From: Gemmatimonadota bacterium
GTDB taxonomy: Bacteria; Gemmatimonadota; Gemmatimonadetes; JACCXV01
Assembly (NCBI GenBank): GCA_036556205.1
Contig: DATBJW010000064.1
Location: 45,298-109,297 of the forward strand
Length of the DNA: 64,000 nucleotides
Direction of reading: 5' to 3'
This document shows, one piece after another, positions 43,368 through 51,940 of this stretch. The position numbers and the translations under genes are program-made. Below the pieces are notes generated by a model. That model was not told the DNA's origin and ran no database searches. It was given only the letters and a program-made list of their open reading frames with translations. How positions within the stretch are numbered: the first letter of the stretch is position 1; each line of letters begins with the position of its first letter.

Positions 43368-45655
43368 CGCGCGGGCCTCCCGAGCGCCGGCGCACCGGCG
43401 CCGAGCGCGGCGACGGCACTCGCGGAAGCGAGCGGGCGCAGGCTTCCCCCGCGCGTGGCCGCCGTCACGCCCTCCAGCCGCGGCGCCGTGCCGGCGAAGC
43501 GGAAGAGCGGCACGCCCAGCGGCAGGTTCGCCCCCGCCAGGACGAGCACCCGGAACCGCCCGCCTCGCACGCCGGCCGTCACGACCTGGCCCGCGCTCGA
43601 GACCAGGCGCGGGGGCGTGGCGAGGCCCGCCGGGAGCCGGAAGGTGACCTCGAGCGCGCCCAGCGCGAGGTCCGGGCCAGGCGCGGCCGAGCCGTCGCTG
43701 GCCGCGCGCCGCCGGCCGCCCGGCATGGCGCCCGCGCCCGGCGCTTCCACCAGGCGAAAGGCGGCATCGTACCCGCCATGTCCATCCGGCTCGTCGTAAC
43801 GGTATTCGGGGATCTGGGCCTGCTTGCTCAAGCTGCTGCGCCCCAGCGCGCCGGGTGCGAGCAGGTTCCGGTCGAGGACCCGGTCCACGAGCCCCACCAG
43901 GTCGCCCACGTCGAGCTGCCCGTTGCCGTTCACGTCGGCGGCGCGCGTCTCCGAGTCCGAGAGGCTCCCGCGGCCGGCCAGGACCCCCAGCGCGCGCTGC
44001 AAGTCGGCAGCGTCCGAGCGCCCGTCGCCGTCCAGGTCCCCGGTCGCGAAGGGTGCGGCGGCCGCGGAAAGGGCGGCCCCCGAGATCACGTACGCCTCGC
44101 CGGCGTCCAGGAACAGGTTGCCGCGGCCGTCGCCGATCATGGCGTTCACGACCACGTCGCCGGCGCCGTCCTGGTCCACGTCGGCGCCGATCAGGGAGTA
44201 GGAGAGGATGTCGCCCGGATCGGCGGCCAGCACGACGCCGAAGGGCAGGGTCGCCAGGGGAGGATGGTCCAGCTGGATCTCCGCCGGCAGGCGCCCGGCG
44301 GGCGAGCGGACGAAGAAGAGCGCTCCGGTGCGCTCGCGCGCGTCGCTCCCCAGGAAGGTGCCGGTGGGGCTGCCGATGAAGACGTCGTCGCGCCCGTCGC
44401 CGTCGATGTCGATGAAGCGCGCCGTGTCGCCCGTGATCCCGCCCGCCGTGGGTCCGTAGATGACGCTCACTCCCGCCGGCGGCTGGCGCAGGTCGATGCG
44501 CGCGCCGTGCAGCGCCGGCCCTCCGTAGACGAGGTACGCCTCGCCCGCGCTGTTGCGCAGGTTCTCGAACCCGTCGGCCGTGAGCGCCCCGATCAGGACG
44601 TCGCCGAAGCCGTCGCCGTCGGCATCGCCCACGTTGACCTCCTCGCCGGCGAAGTCGCCGGGGTCGGCGCCGTAGACGATGGCCGCATCCGCGGGCGGGT
44701 CGGCGAGATCGACGCTCCCTCCGCGCGTCGGCGTGAAGACGACCGCCACCTCGCCCGCCCGCGCCCGCGTCTCGTCGGGGCCGTCGGCTCCCTCGACGGA
44801 GCCGTTGAAGACGACGACCGCCGCCCGGTTCAGCGCCGAGCCCACGACGAGGTCGGCCACACCGTCGGCGTCGATGCGTCCGGCGTGGACGGCGCTGCCC
44901 GCCTTGTCCTGGCTGTCGGCGCCGTGGACGGTGAAGACCCGTCCGGCCGCGTCCAGCGCGCCCACCGAGGTCGTCCCGGGCACCAGGTCGCCCCCGCCGT
45001 AGAGCACGTACGCGGCCCCGGCGCTCTCCCGGTCTCCCGCCGGCCCGTCCACGTCGGGCGCCCCGACCAGCACGTCCCCGAAGCCGTCGCCGTCCACGTC
45101 CACCACGTCCACCCAGACGCCGAAGTGGTCGCCCCCCGTCGCGCCGGCGATGCGGAGCACGTTCGGAGAAGCGAGCACGTCGATCTCGGGAGCCAGCGCG
45201 GGCGAGCCGAAGACCACGTAGACCGTTCCCGTCCCCACCTGCCCGGACACGACGACGTTGGGCGCGCCCAGGACGAGGTCCGCGAATCCGTCGCCGTTCA
45301 CGTCCCCGCCGGCGCACTCGACACCCAGCGACTGGATGCCCGAGATCCGGGTCACGACGCCCGGCTGGGCGAGGGCCTCCTGCTGGCCGGCGTTGACGGA
45401 GGGCGCGAAGAAGAGGAAGGCCTCGGAGGCGTTGAAGGCGCAGAGGAGCACGTCGTCGCGCCGGTCGCCGTTCACGTCTCCGCCGCCGAGCGGGAGCCCG
45501 AAGTTGCCGCCGCTGATCGTGCGCAGGAGGAGGTCTCGCTGCCCGGCGGGGTGAAGGGCCGTGTCCCATCTGAGAACGCTCTGCGCCTCCAGCGGGCGCG
45601 CGGCGGCGGCCGGCCCGAGCAGGGCGAGGAGAGCGATCCTTCGAAGGGGGAGCAC
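43364..45655 (-). CDS. Secreted FG-GAP (integrin-alpha-like) repeat beta-propeller protein carrying a type-I dockerin module
   Basis: GTG start at 45655 gives a signal peptide (LPLRRIALLALLGPAAAARPLEA). Multiple FG-GAP/VCBS repeats (GDVNGDGFADLVLGAP, DVDGDGFGDVLVGAP, DADGDGFGDVLIGA, DIDGDGRDDVFIGSP, DVDQDGAGDVVV). Dockerin duplicated segment (DLDGDGRSDAADLQRALGVLAGR / DVNGNGQLDVGDLVGLVDRVL). The C-terminal ~130 aa are beta-rich with no assignment. The 45913 ORF-track start is rejected. Confidence 0.75.
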   Translation of the reverse strand: MLPLRRIALLALLGPAAAARPLEAQSVLRWDTALHPAGQRDLLLRTISGGNFGLPLGGGDVNGDRRDDVLLCAFNASEAFLFFAPSVNAGQQEALAQPGVVTRISGIQSLGVECAGGDVNGDGFADLVLGAPNVVVSGQVGTGTVYVVFGSPALAPEIDVLASPNVLRIAGATGGDHFGVWVDVVDVDGDGFGDVLVGAPDVDGPAGDRESAGAAYVLYGGGDLVPGTTSVGALDAAGRVFTVHGADSQDKAGSAVHAGRIDADGVADLVVGSALNRAAVVVFNGSVEGADGPDETRARAGEVAVVFTPTRGGSVDLADPPADAAIVYGADPGDFAGEEVNVGDADGDGFGDVLIGALTADGFENLRNSAGEAYLVYGGPALHGARIDLRQPPAGVSVIYGPTAGGITGDTARFIDIDGDGRDDVFIGSPTGTFLGSDARERTGALFFVRSPAGRLPAEIQLDHPPLATLPFGVVLAADPGDILSYSLIGADVDQDGAGDVVVNAMIGDGRGNLFLDAGEAYVISGAALSAAAAPFATGDLDGDGRSDAADLQRALGVLAGRGSLSDSETRAADVNGNGQLDVGDLVGLVDRVLDRNLLAPGALGRSSLSKQAQIPEYRYDEPDGHGGYDAAFRLVEAPGAGAMPGGRRRAASDGSAAPGPDLALGALEVTFRLPAGLATPPRLVSSAGQVVTAGVRGGRFRVLVLAGANLPLGVPLFRFAGTAPRLEGVTAATRGGSLRPLASASAVAALGAGAPALGRPAR

Positions 45656-45707
45656 GAGCCTCCGGGAGGGGAAGAGGGCCAGGCAATATCGCGCGGAAGG
45701 GAGGCCT

Positions 45708-46382
45708 CTACAAGACGACCGCGGCCTGCCGGCGCTCGCGCAGCAGCGCCAGGAGATGGCGCCGGAAGACCGGGTCCGCGAGCACGCCGTGCAGGTAGGT
45801 GCCCATCGCCGCGTAGTCGCGCGTCGCGAGGCCGAGGGGGCAGGCCGCGCTCCCGCGGGCCGCTTCGTGGAAGAGCGGCGCGGCGTCGCCGCTGCGGAGG
45901 ACGGATTGGCCACCGTGGGTCTCGAACCCCGACACTTCGGCCCCGGCGGGCAGGAACGCCGCCGCCCCGGTCGCGCGCACCGGCTCGTCGATCTTCTCGC
46001 GCGTGAACGTGGTCACCAGGTCGAAGATCGCGAGCCCGCTCGCCCGCTCGGCGCCGCCCTCGAGCCGCTCCGGGTCGAGGAGCTCGCTGCCCATCATCTG
46101 GAAGCCGCCGCAGATCCCGAACAGGAGCGCCCCCCCGGCCGCGGCACGGCGCACGGCCGCCTCCATTCCCGTCGCGCGCAGGTGCGCCAGGTCGGGCAGC
46201 GTCGCCTCGGAGCCGGGGAGCACGACCATGTCGGCAAGGCCGAGGTCCTCGGGGCGGTCCACGAAGGCCAGGTCCACGCCCGGCTCGGCCGCGAGGGCCT
46301 CGTACTCCTCGAGGACCGCGCTTTGAGGCAGGCGGACGATGCGGACGACGAGCCGGACCTCTGGATTCATGCTACCCTTCAT
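45708..46382 (-). CDS. Stand-alone glutamine amidotransferase domain protein (CobB/CobQ-type GATase1)
   Basis: LFGICGGFQMMG (nucleophile-cysteine motif of the CobQ/CobB GATase family) and a C-terminal histidine (YLHGVL). ~225 aa with no synthetase domain attached. Start could be M at 46382 or 46370. Confidence 0.7.
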   Translation of the reverse strand: MKGSMNPEVRLVVRIVRLPQSAVLEEYEALAAEPGVDLAFVDRPEDLGLADMVVLPGSEATLPDLAHLRATGMEAAVRRAAAGGALLFGICGGFQMMGSELLDPERLEGGAERASGLAIFDLVTTFTREKIDEPVRATGAAAFLPAGAEVSGFETHGGQSVLRSGDAAPLFHEAARGSAACPLGLATRDYAAMGTYLHGVLADPVFRRHLLALLRERRQAAVVL

Positions 46383-46555
46383 GAGCCTGAAGGTCGTCTC
46401 GTGACCGAGCTCACGCCTTGCGCGGGAGTCGGCGGCGGCGAGGCGTGAAGCTCGCGGCGACGGAGCGATCGGGCGTTCGCCCGCTCTCACTTCCGCGTCC
46501 CCGCCGGCGTCTTACATTCTACGACACCGCCCGGCCTCAAACCAAGGAGACCCGT

Positions 46556-47281
46556 ATGCCTCGAGCCCGCGCCCTTCGCGTCGCAACGCTTCTCTGCGCG
46601 GCCGCCGCGCTCCCCCTGGCCGTCTCGGCCTGCAGACGCGAGCACGAGAACGGCGAGGAGGCCAAGCCGCCGCCCTCGCGATCCAGCGAGCTCGCGCGCG
46701 ACGCGGGCGAGAAGCCGCAGCTGGTCATGGACAAGCTCGAGATCCGGGCGGGAAGCAACGTGGTCGACGTGATCGCCGGCGGGGGCTACTACACCTACCT
46801 GCTCTCCGAGCGCGTGGGCCCGGCCGGGAAGGTCTACGCGACCGGCGCCGAAGGTGTGACCCAACGCATGAACGAGGGGGACCTCAAGGGAAAATCGAAC
46901 ATCACGGTCGTGAAGGACGTGGCTGACATCCCGGCCGGCTCGCTGGACGCGGTCCTCATCAATCGCGCCTACCACCTGATCAACAAGCCCGGCGAGACTT
47001 TCTTCCCCGCGCTCCAGAAAGCACTCAAGCCCGGCGGGCGGATCGGGATCGTCGAGGTCCGGCTGGGGCAGCCCACGGGCCACGACATGAAGACGCACCG
47101 CATGGGCGAGCAGACCGTGCGGGAGGAGGTCGAGGCAGGCGGGTTCACGCTCGTCGAGTCGTCGGCGCTGCTGGCCAACCCGGCCGACCCGCGCACCGAT
47201 TTCATGGAGGGCAAGCGCCACCTGGCCGACCGGATGTTCCTGATCTTCGAGAAGCCCCCCGCGGCCGCCGCGGCGCGCTGA
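46556..47281 (+). CDS. Class I SAM-dependent methyltransferase-like lipoprotein
   Basis: ATG at 46556 with AAGGAGA upstream. Lipoprotein signal (LLCAAAALPLAVSAC). Methyltransferase motif I (VVDVIAGGGYYT) and post I/II (LDAVLINRAYHLI...LKPGGRIGI). Confidence 0.7.
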   Translation: MPRARALRVATLLCAAAALPLAVSACRREHENGEEAKPPPSRSSELARDAGEKPQLVMDKLEIRAGSNVVDVIAGGGYYTYLLSERVGPAGKVYATGAEGVTQRMNEGDLKGKSNITVVKDVADIPAGSLDAVLINRAYHLINKPGETFFPALQKALKPGGRIGIVEVRLGQPTGHDMKTHRMGEQTVREEVEAGGFTLVESSALLANPADPRTDFMEGKRHLADRMFLIFEKPPAAAAAR

Positions 47282-47323
47282 CGCCGCGCGGGCCGGGGAG
47301 CCCGCCGCTTCCCACCTATCCCT

Positions 47324-49357
47324 CTACGCCGCGCGCTTCGCCGGCGGCGTTTCCTTCTTGGGGCTCGTTCCCTTTCCCGGCGCCGCTCCCTTCCCCGGGG
47401 CGCCGGCCTTCCCCGAGTCCGCCGCCGCCGGGTTCGTCTCGGGTTGAATCTCCCGCACGCCGGCCTGGACGTTGGCGCTGTACCAGAAGGCCCGCGGCGT
47501 CACCAGGAGCTTGCGCGGCTTGACGGCGATGTGGACCTCGCGGCCTTCGACCTCCACCGACTCGCTCACGCTGGCCGGCAAGTCGAGCGTGGGGACGATC
47601 TTGGTGGGCAGCTTGATGTTGAAGCCTTTGGTCAAGACCTTGGTCAACAACGCCACGATCTTGTCGGGGCTCATCACCTTCATTCCGATCCCGCATTTCC
47701 CCAGGTCGTTCAGCTCCGACATCGTCGTGCGCACCTTGGCCCACGTCGCCTCCGACGGAGAGACCGAGACGCGGATCTTCTGCACGGGGAACTGGGGCGA
47801 GGCCACGATCCTGTCCCCCACGGCAGCCAGCACGAGGTCGCCCGTCACGTTGTAGCTTCGGGGGACCGCGTTGCCGTCCACGTCGAGCGTCTTCTGGAAG
47901 TCGCCGCAGGCGGCGCCCGAGACGCCCTGCGCGTCCCAAGTGAAGGCCACCGTGGCCGTGCCGTAGCCCGAGACAGCTCGCACGGGCACCGAGACGCGGA
48001 GCCGGTTCTCGCCCACGACGCTGACCAGCGGCGGGTCGGCGGCAAGGATCGCCTGAATGCGCTTGACGGTGACGTGGACCTTCCAGCTCCCGGCCGTGAT
48101 CATCTTGCCGAAAGGTCCTTTGACCTTGACCGTCTCGCCCTCGTCCACCTCTTCCCCGAGGTTGATGTCCAGCTCGACCCGCTTCAAGAAACGCCTCGTC
48201 GCCTCCTGAACCAGGTGGTTGATCAGCTCGGGCTTGATCCCCACGGCCACCTCGCCGGGGTCGGCCGCGATCGCCCACAGGAGCGTGTCCGCGGCCGTCG
48301 CGACCTTGATCGAGTCGGTGAGGGCTTCGAACTGGCTCCGCAGCTCCTTCATGCGCGGGGTCATGCTGTCGGGCGGAGCGCCCGCGGATGACATGCGGCT
48401 CTCGACCGACTCCATCGCCGCGCCGACCTCTCCAGCCGCGGAGGTGTCGGGCTCCTGGCCCGGGTCCGGCTTCTGGAGCGGCAGAGGGACGCGATCCTCG
48501 AGCACAGCGCCGTCGGAACCCAGCGAGCGGCTGGCCCATCGCACGGCCCCGGCCGCCCGGGCGGCCGGCTTCGTCTCCTCGGCCTTTCCCCCGGTGCTGT
48601 CGGCTTGACCGGGCTCTTGCACGTCGACTCCGATCGTGACCCAGACCTTCCCCGCCACGACGAGCACTTCCTCGACTGCGACGCGCAGAGGGACGACCGC
48701 GGGCGCGATCTTCACCTCACCGGCGGGCCCCACCCCGGGGATCTTCACCTGCTGCTCGAGCGCGACCGGGATCTCGAGGTTCGAGGCCAGGGAGTTGAGC
48801 TTCTCCAGGGGCAGGCTGACCAGGGCGTCGACCAGGCCCTGAACCGGGGCCGACACGCCCATGACGGCCACCTTCGGCACCTCGAGGCCGATCACGTCCA
48901 CGCGGGCGCGCAGCACGCCCGTCTTGGGGTCGATGCCCGTCACCTGCAGCACGCCGTAGACCTTCACGTCCGCGGCCACGGTCTCGTCTTCGCCTCCCAC
49001 CAGGCTGCCGCGGCCGTTCAGCTCGACGAGCGCGAAATTGGCCCGGAAGTCCACCTTGGCCGAGTTCACCTGGATGCGATACTTGTCGTCGATGACGCGC
49101 TCGTAGGGCGTCGCCTCGTCCAGCAGCTGGCCGACCAGCCGCTGGTCGACCGTGACCAGCACCTGGTCGAAATCGAGGATCTTGCCTTTCCGTGTCGTCT
49201 CGAGCAGGGACTGGGCGCCCTTGACCCGCCGCTCGAGGATCGTCTCCTGCAACTCCACGCCGGACGTCCCGCCTCCCTTTCCACGACACCCCGCCAGGTC
49301 GAAGGCGGCTCCGGCCAGAAGGAGGGCCTGGAGGAGAACGATCGGGACGCTGCGCAT
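47324..49357 (-). CDS. Large lipoprotein of unknown function, paralog A (internally duplicated)
   Basis: 677 aa. Lipobox (LLLAGAAFDLAGC). Shares extended similarity with the next gene (e.g. TPYERVIDDKYRIQVNSAKVDFRANFALVELNGRGSLV vs TPYERVVDDTYRVRVDSAAVEFQAGFALVRLDGRASLV). The C-terminal half repeats the N-terminal theme. Confidence 0.65.
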   Translation of the reverse strand: MRSVPIVLLQALLLAGAAFDLAGCRGKGGGTSGVELQETILERRVKGAQSLLETTRKGKILDFDQVLVTVDQRLVGQLLDEATPYERVIDDKYRIQVNSAKVDFRANFALVELNGRGSLVGGEDETVAADVKVYGVLQVTGIDPKTGVLRARVDVIGLEVPKVAVMGVSAPVQGLVDALVSLPLEKLNSLASNLEIPVALEQQVKIPGVGPAGEVKIAPAVVPLRVAVEEVLVVAGKVWVTIGVDVQEPGQADSTGGKAEETKPAARAAGAVRWASRSLGSDGAVLEDRVPLPLQKPDPGQEPDTSAAGEVGAAMESVESRMSSAGAPPDSMTPRMKELRSQFEALTDSIKVATAADTLLWAIAADPGEVAVGIKPELINHLVQEATRRFLKRVELDINLGEEVDEGETVKVKGPFGKMITAGSWKVHVTVKRIQAILAADPPLVSVVGENRLRVSVPVRAVSGYGTATVAFTWDAQGVSGAACGDFQKTLDVDGNAVPRSYNVTGDLVLAAVGDRIVASPQFPVQKIRVSVSPSEATWAKVRTTMSELNDLGKCGIGMKVMSPDKIVALLTKVLTKGFNIKLPTKIVPTLDLPASVSESVEVEGREVHIAVKPRKLLVTPRAFWYSANVQAGVREIQPETNPAAADSGKAGAPGKGAAPGKGTSPKKETPPAKRAA

Positions 49358-49433
49358 GCTCGGGATCCTGCTCGGAAGGGTTGGCCGGCCGGTCCGGCTC
49401 GACGGCCGGAGCGCGGACGCGACGTTGTGGCGA

Positions 49434-51314
49434 TCAGCGGCCGGGCGCCCCCAGGGAGTCGGCGCCCACCGGCGCTCGGATCGGCGCCGGCCCGCCGGGC
49501 TCGGCCTCGACCGCGGCCGTGTACCAGAGCACGGACGGCGCTGTTCGCAGCTGCTGGGGTTGCACGTCGAGCAGGATCGTCCGGTCCTCGAACTCGACGG
49601 ACTCGCTCACGCGGGCCGGGATCTCGACCGTCTTCAAGATACTGCGCGGGAGCTTGACCTTGAAACCCTTCTGCTGCCCGATCTCCTCGAGCTTCTCGGT
49701 CAGGTCGTCGACGTCCACCACCCCGCACTTGCCGCTCTCGTTCTGGGATTCGATGATCGCCCGGACCCTGGCCCACGACTCGGGCGCGAGGTCCACCTTG
49801 ATGCGAAACTTCTCGCGGGGGAAGTCCGGCCGCGCCAGGATCTCCTCGCCCTGGGCCGTCAGCACGTAGTCCCCCTTCACCTGATAGGTTCCCGGCAGGA
49901 CCACGCCCGAGATGTCGAGTGTGGTCGCGAAATCGTCGCATACGATCTCCACCAGCGACTTCGCGTCCCAGGTGAAGTCGAGGGTGCCGCTCCCCTGACC
50001 CCGCACGATGGACACCGGCAGCGTCAGGTGGATCCGGTCCGGCTCCCTGAAGGCGAGGCGCGGAGTCCCGGCCCTGAGCACTCCGCGCAGGCGCTCGATG
50101 TGGAGCACCACGCTCCAGTCACCGGCCTTGATGTCGCCGACCGGCGTCTCGACCTCGAGAGGCTTCGTTTCGTCCACCGGCTTCTCGGGGGTGAGGTCGA
50201 GCTCGACGTGATCCAGGTAGACGGCCGCCACCTGCCGGGCCAGCAGCTCGAGCAGCGCCGGCCGCACGAACAGCGCCACGTCGCCGGTGTCGGCCACCGC
50301 CTTCAGGAACAGCGTGTCGCCCGCGGTGAGCGCGGTGATGCTGTCCTCCAGGGCCGCGTAGGTCGCCCGCAGCTCGGCCTCGCGCCGACGTCGCTCCAGC
50401 GAGTCCGCGCGCTGTCCTCCGAGCGGCTGCCCCATGCCGAGCGTCGCGAAGGCGGCCGAGCCCGGCGTCGGGCTGCTCGCCAGGCCCTCCAGCGTGACTC
50501 CTTGGCCCCTTCTCACACGCGGCGCGCCCGCGGACCCGAGGCCGCCGTATTGGACCGTGTCGGGTGGCACGGCCACCGCGATCGTGATCCAGAGCTTCCG
50601 GGCGATCACCTTCACGCCCTGGACGGAGACCCGCAGGGGGATCCTGGCGGCCGGGATGCGGACCCGGTCGTCCTCGTCGCCCGCGTTCACCCGGGGGAGC
50701 TTCAACGCCTCGTCGAAGCGGACCGGGATCTCGAGTTCGGAGTTGAACACGTCGAACTTCGAGATCTCCTCGCGGGTGAGGTCCTCGATCAGTCGGCGAA
50801 CCGGCGGCTCCATGCCGAGCAGGCCGACCCGCCGGGCCGTGAAGGCGATGATGTTCAAGCGCGCGCGCAGGACTCCGCTGGCCGGGTCCACCCCCCGCAC
50901 GTCCAGGCCGCTGTAGAGGCTGACGTCGGCGAACGCTCCGTCGGGGGCGGCCCGCACCAGGCTCGCGCGACCGTCCAATCGCACGAGCGCGAAGCCGGCC
51001 TGGAACTCGACGGCCGCGGAGTCCACTCGAACCCGATACGTGTCGTCGACGACGCGCTCGTAGGGCGTGACCGACGAGATCAGGTCCCCGATCAGCCGCT
51101 CGTCCACGACCGCCACCATCTGCTCGAAGGGGACCAGCGGACCTTGCCGGGCGGCGGCGAGAAGGCGTCGGGCGCCCTCGATCCGGCGCTCGAGCACGGC
51201 TTGCCTGGGAGGGACGCGCGGCTGGGAGGGGCGGCGGCACCCGCTCAGCGGCACGAGCAGCAGCGCTATCAGGGCCCCGCCGACGAGCGGGACGCGGGAT
51301 CCAAGCCCTCTCAT
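49434..51314 (-). CDS. Large lipoprotein of unknown function, paralog B
   Basis: 626 aa. Lipobox (LVPLSGC). Homologous along its whole length to 47324..49357. Confidence 0.65.
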   Translation of the reverse strand: MRGLGSRVPLVGGALIALLLVPLSGCRRPSQPRVPPRQAVLERRIEGARRLLAAARQGPLVPFEQMVAVVDERLIGDLISSVTPYERVVDDTYRVRVDSAAVEFQAGFALVRLDGRASLVRAAPDGAFADVSLYSGLDVRGVDPASGVLRARLNIIAFTARRVGLLGMEPPVRRLIEDLTREEISKFDVFNSELEIPVRFDEALKLPRVNAGDEDDRVRIPAARIPLRVSVQGVKVIARKLWITIAVAVPPDTVQYGGLGSAGAPRVRRGQGVTLEGLASSPTPGSAAFATLGMGQPLGGQRADSLERRRREAELRATYAALEDSITALTAGDTLFLKAVADTGDVALFVRPALLELLARQVAAVYLDHVELDLTPEKPVDETKPLEVETPVGDIKAGDWSVVLHIERLRGVLRAGTPRLAFREPDRIHLTLPVSIVRGQGSGTLDFTWDAKSLVEIVCDDFATTLDISGVVLPGTYQVKGDYVLTAQGEEILARPDFPREKFRIKVDLAPESWARVRAIIESQNESGKCGVVDVDDLTEKLEEIGQQKGFKVKLPRSILKTVEIPARVSESVEFEDRTILLDVQPQQLRTAPSVLWYTAAVEAEPGGPAPIRAPVGADSLGAPGR

Positions 51315-51321
51315 GGAAGGC

Positions 51322-51918
51322 TCAGTGCGCGGGCGTGGTGGAAAAGCCCCGGATCAAGCGCCGCGCGGCGGGATCGACCCGGGCCCAGCCGGCAAAGGGA
51401 ATCGTGGTCCAGAAGGCGAAGCGATCCTCGAGGCCCAGGAGGCGGCAGGCGTAGAGCGCGAGCACGGTCCCATGCGACACGATCGCCACGTCTCCGGCGG
51501 GGTGCTCGCTCAGGATGCGGGCGACTGCCGCGGCCATCCGCCAATCGGCCTCTGCACACGACTCCCAGCTCTCCGGCCCACGAGTCCCGGTCAGATAGTC
51601 GCGCACCGCCTCCTCCCAGCCGGGCAGGCGCCCCGCCGGGCGCCGCACCTCTCGAAGGGCTGGGACCGCGCGGAGCGAGAGCCCGTGGCGACGCGCGGCG
51701 GGCTCCGCCGTCTGTACGGCCTTGGGCTCATCGCTCGAGTGCAGGGTACGAATTTGCCGCCAGAAGGGCTCTCTTGCGAGGGCCAATGCCTGCTCGCGGC
51801 CGCCGGGCGAAAGGCGCCAACGATCGGCGGGCACGTCGTAATCCGGAAGGGACTGCGCGTGGCGGATGAGGACCAGTTCGCGGGGCCGCGAATGCGGGCC
51901 GGGCTCGCCAGGGAGCAT
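51322..51918 (-). CDS. Histidine phosphatase family protein (phosphoglycerate-mutase-like)
   Basis: RHG-type motif (LVLIRHAQS) at the N-terminus and a C-terminal VSHG (AIVSHGTVL). ~198 aa from the ATG at 51918. Confidence 0.7.
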   Translation of the reverse strand: MLPGEPGPHSRPRELVLIRHAQSLPDYDVPADRWRLSPGGREQALALAREPFWRQIRTLHSSDEPKAVQTAEPAARRHGLSLRAVPALREVRRPAGRLPGWEEAVRDYLTGTRGPESWESCAEADWRMAAAVARILSEHPAGDVAIVSHGTVLALYACRLLGLEDRFAFWTTIPFAGWARVDPAARRLIRGFSTTPAH

Positions 51919-51940
51919 GGACCAGCCGCAGGCGCGGGGT

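Noticed and set aside
42837-45913. Alternative long frames for the dockerin locus (949-aa ORF 42837..45686; 849-aa ORF start at 45913)
   Set aside because: The 949-aa frame is Arg/Gly/Pro-rich nonsense except its last ~177 aa, which are the cohesin lipoprotein. The 45913 start adds a low-complexity N-terminal extension. A GTG at 45655 gives a proper signal peptide.
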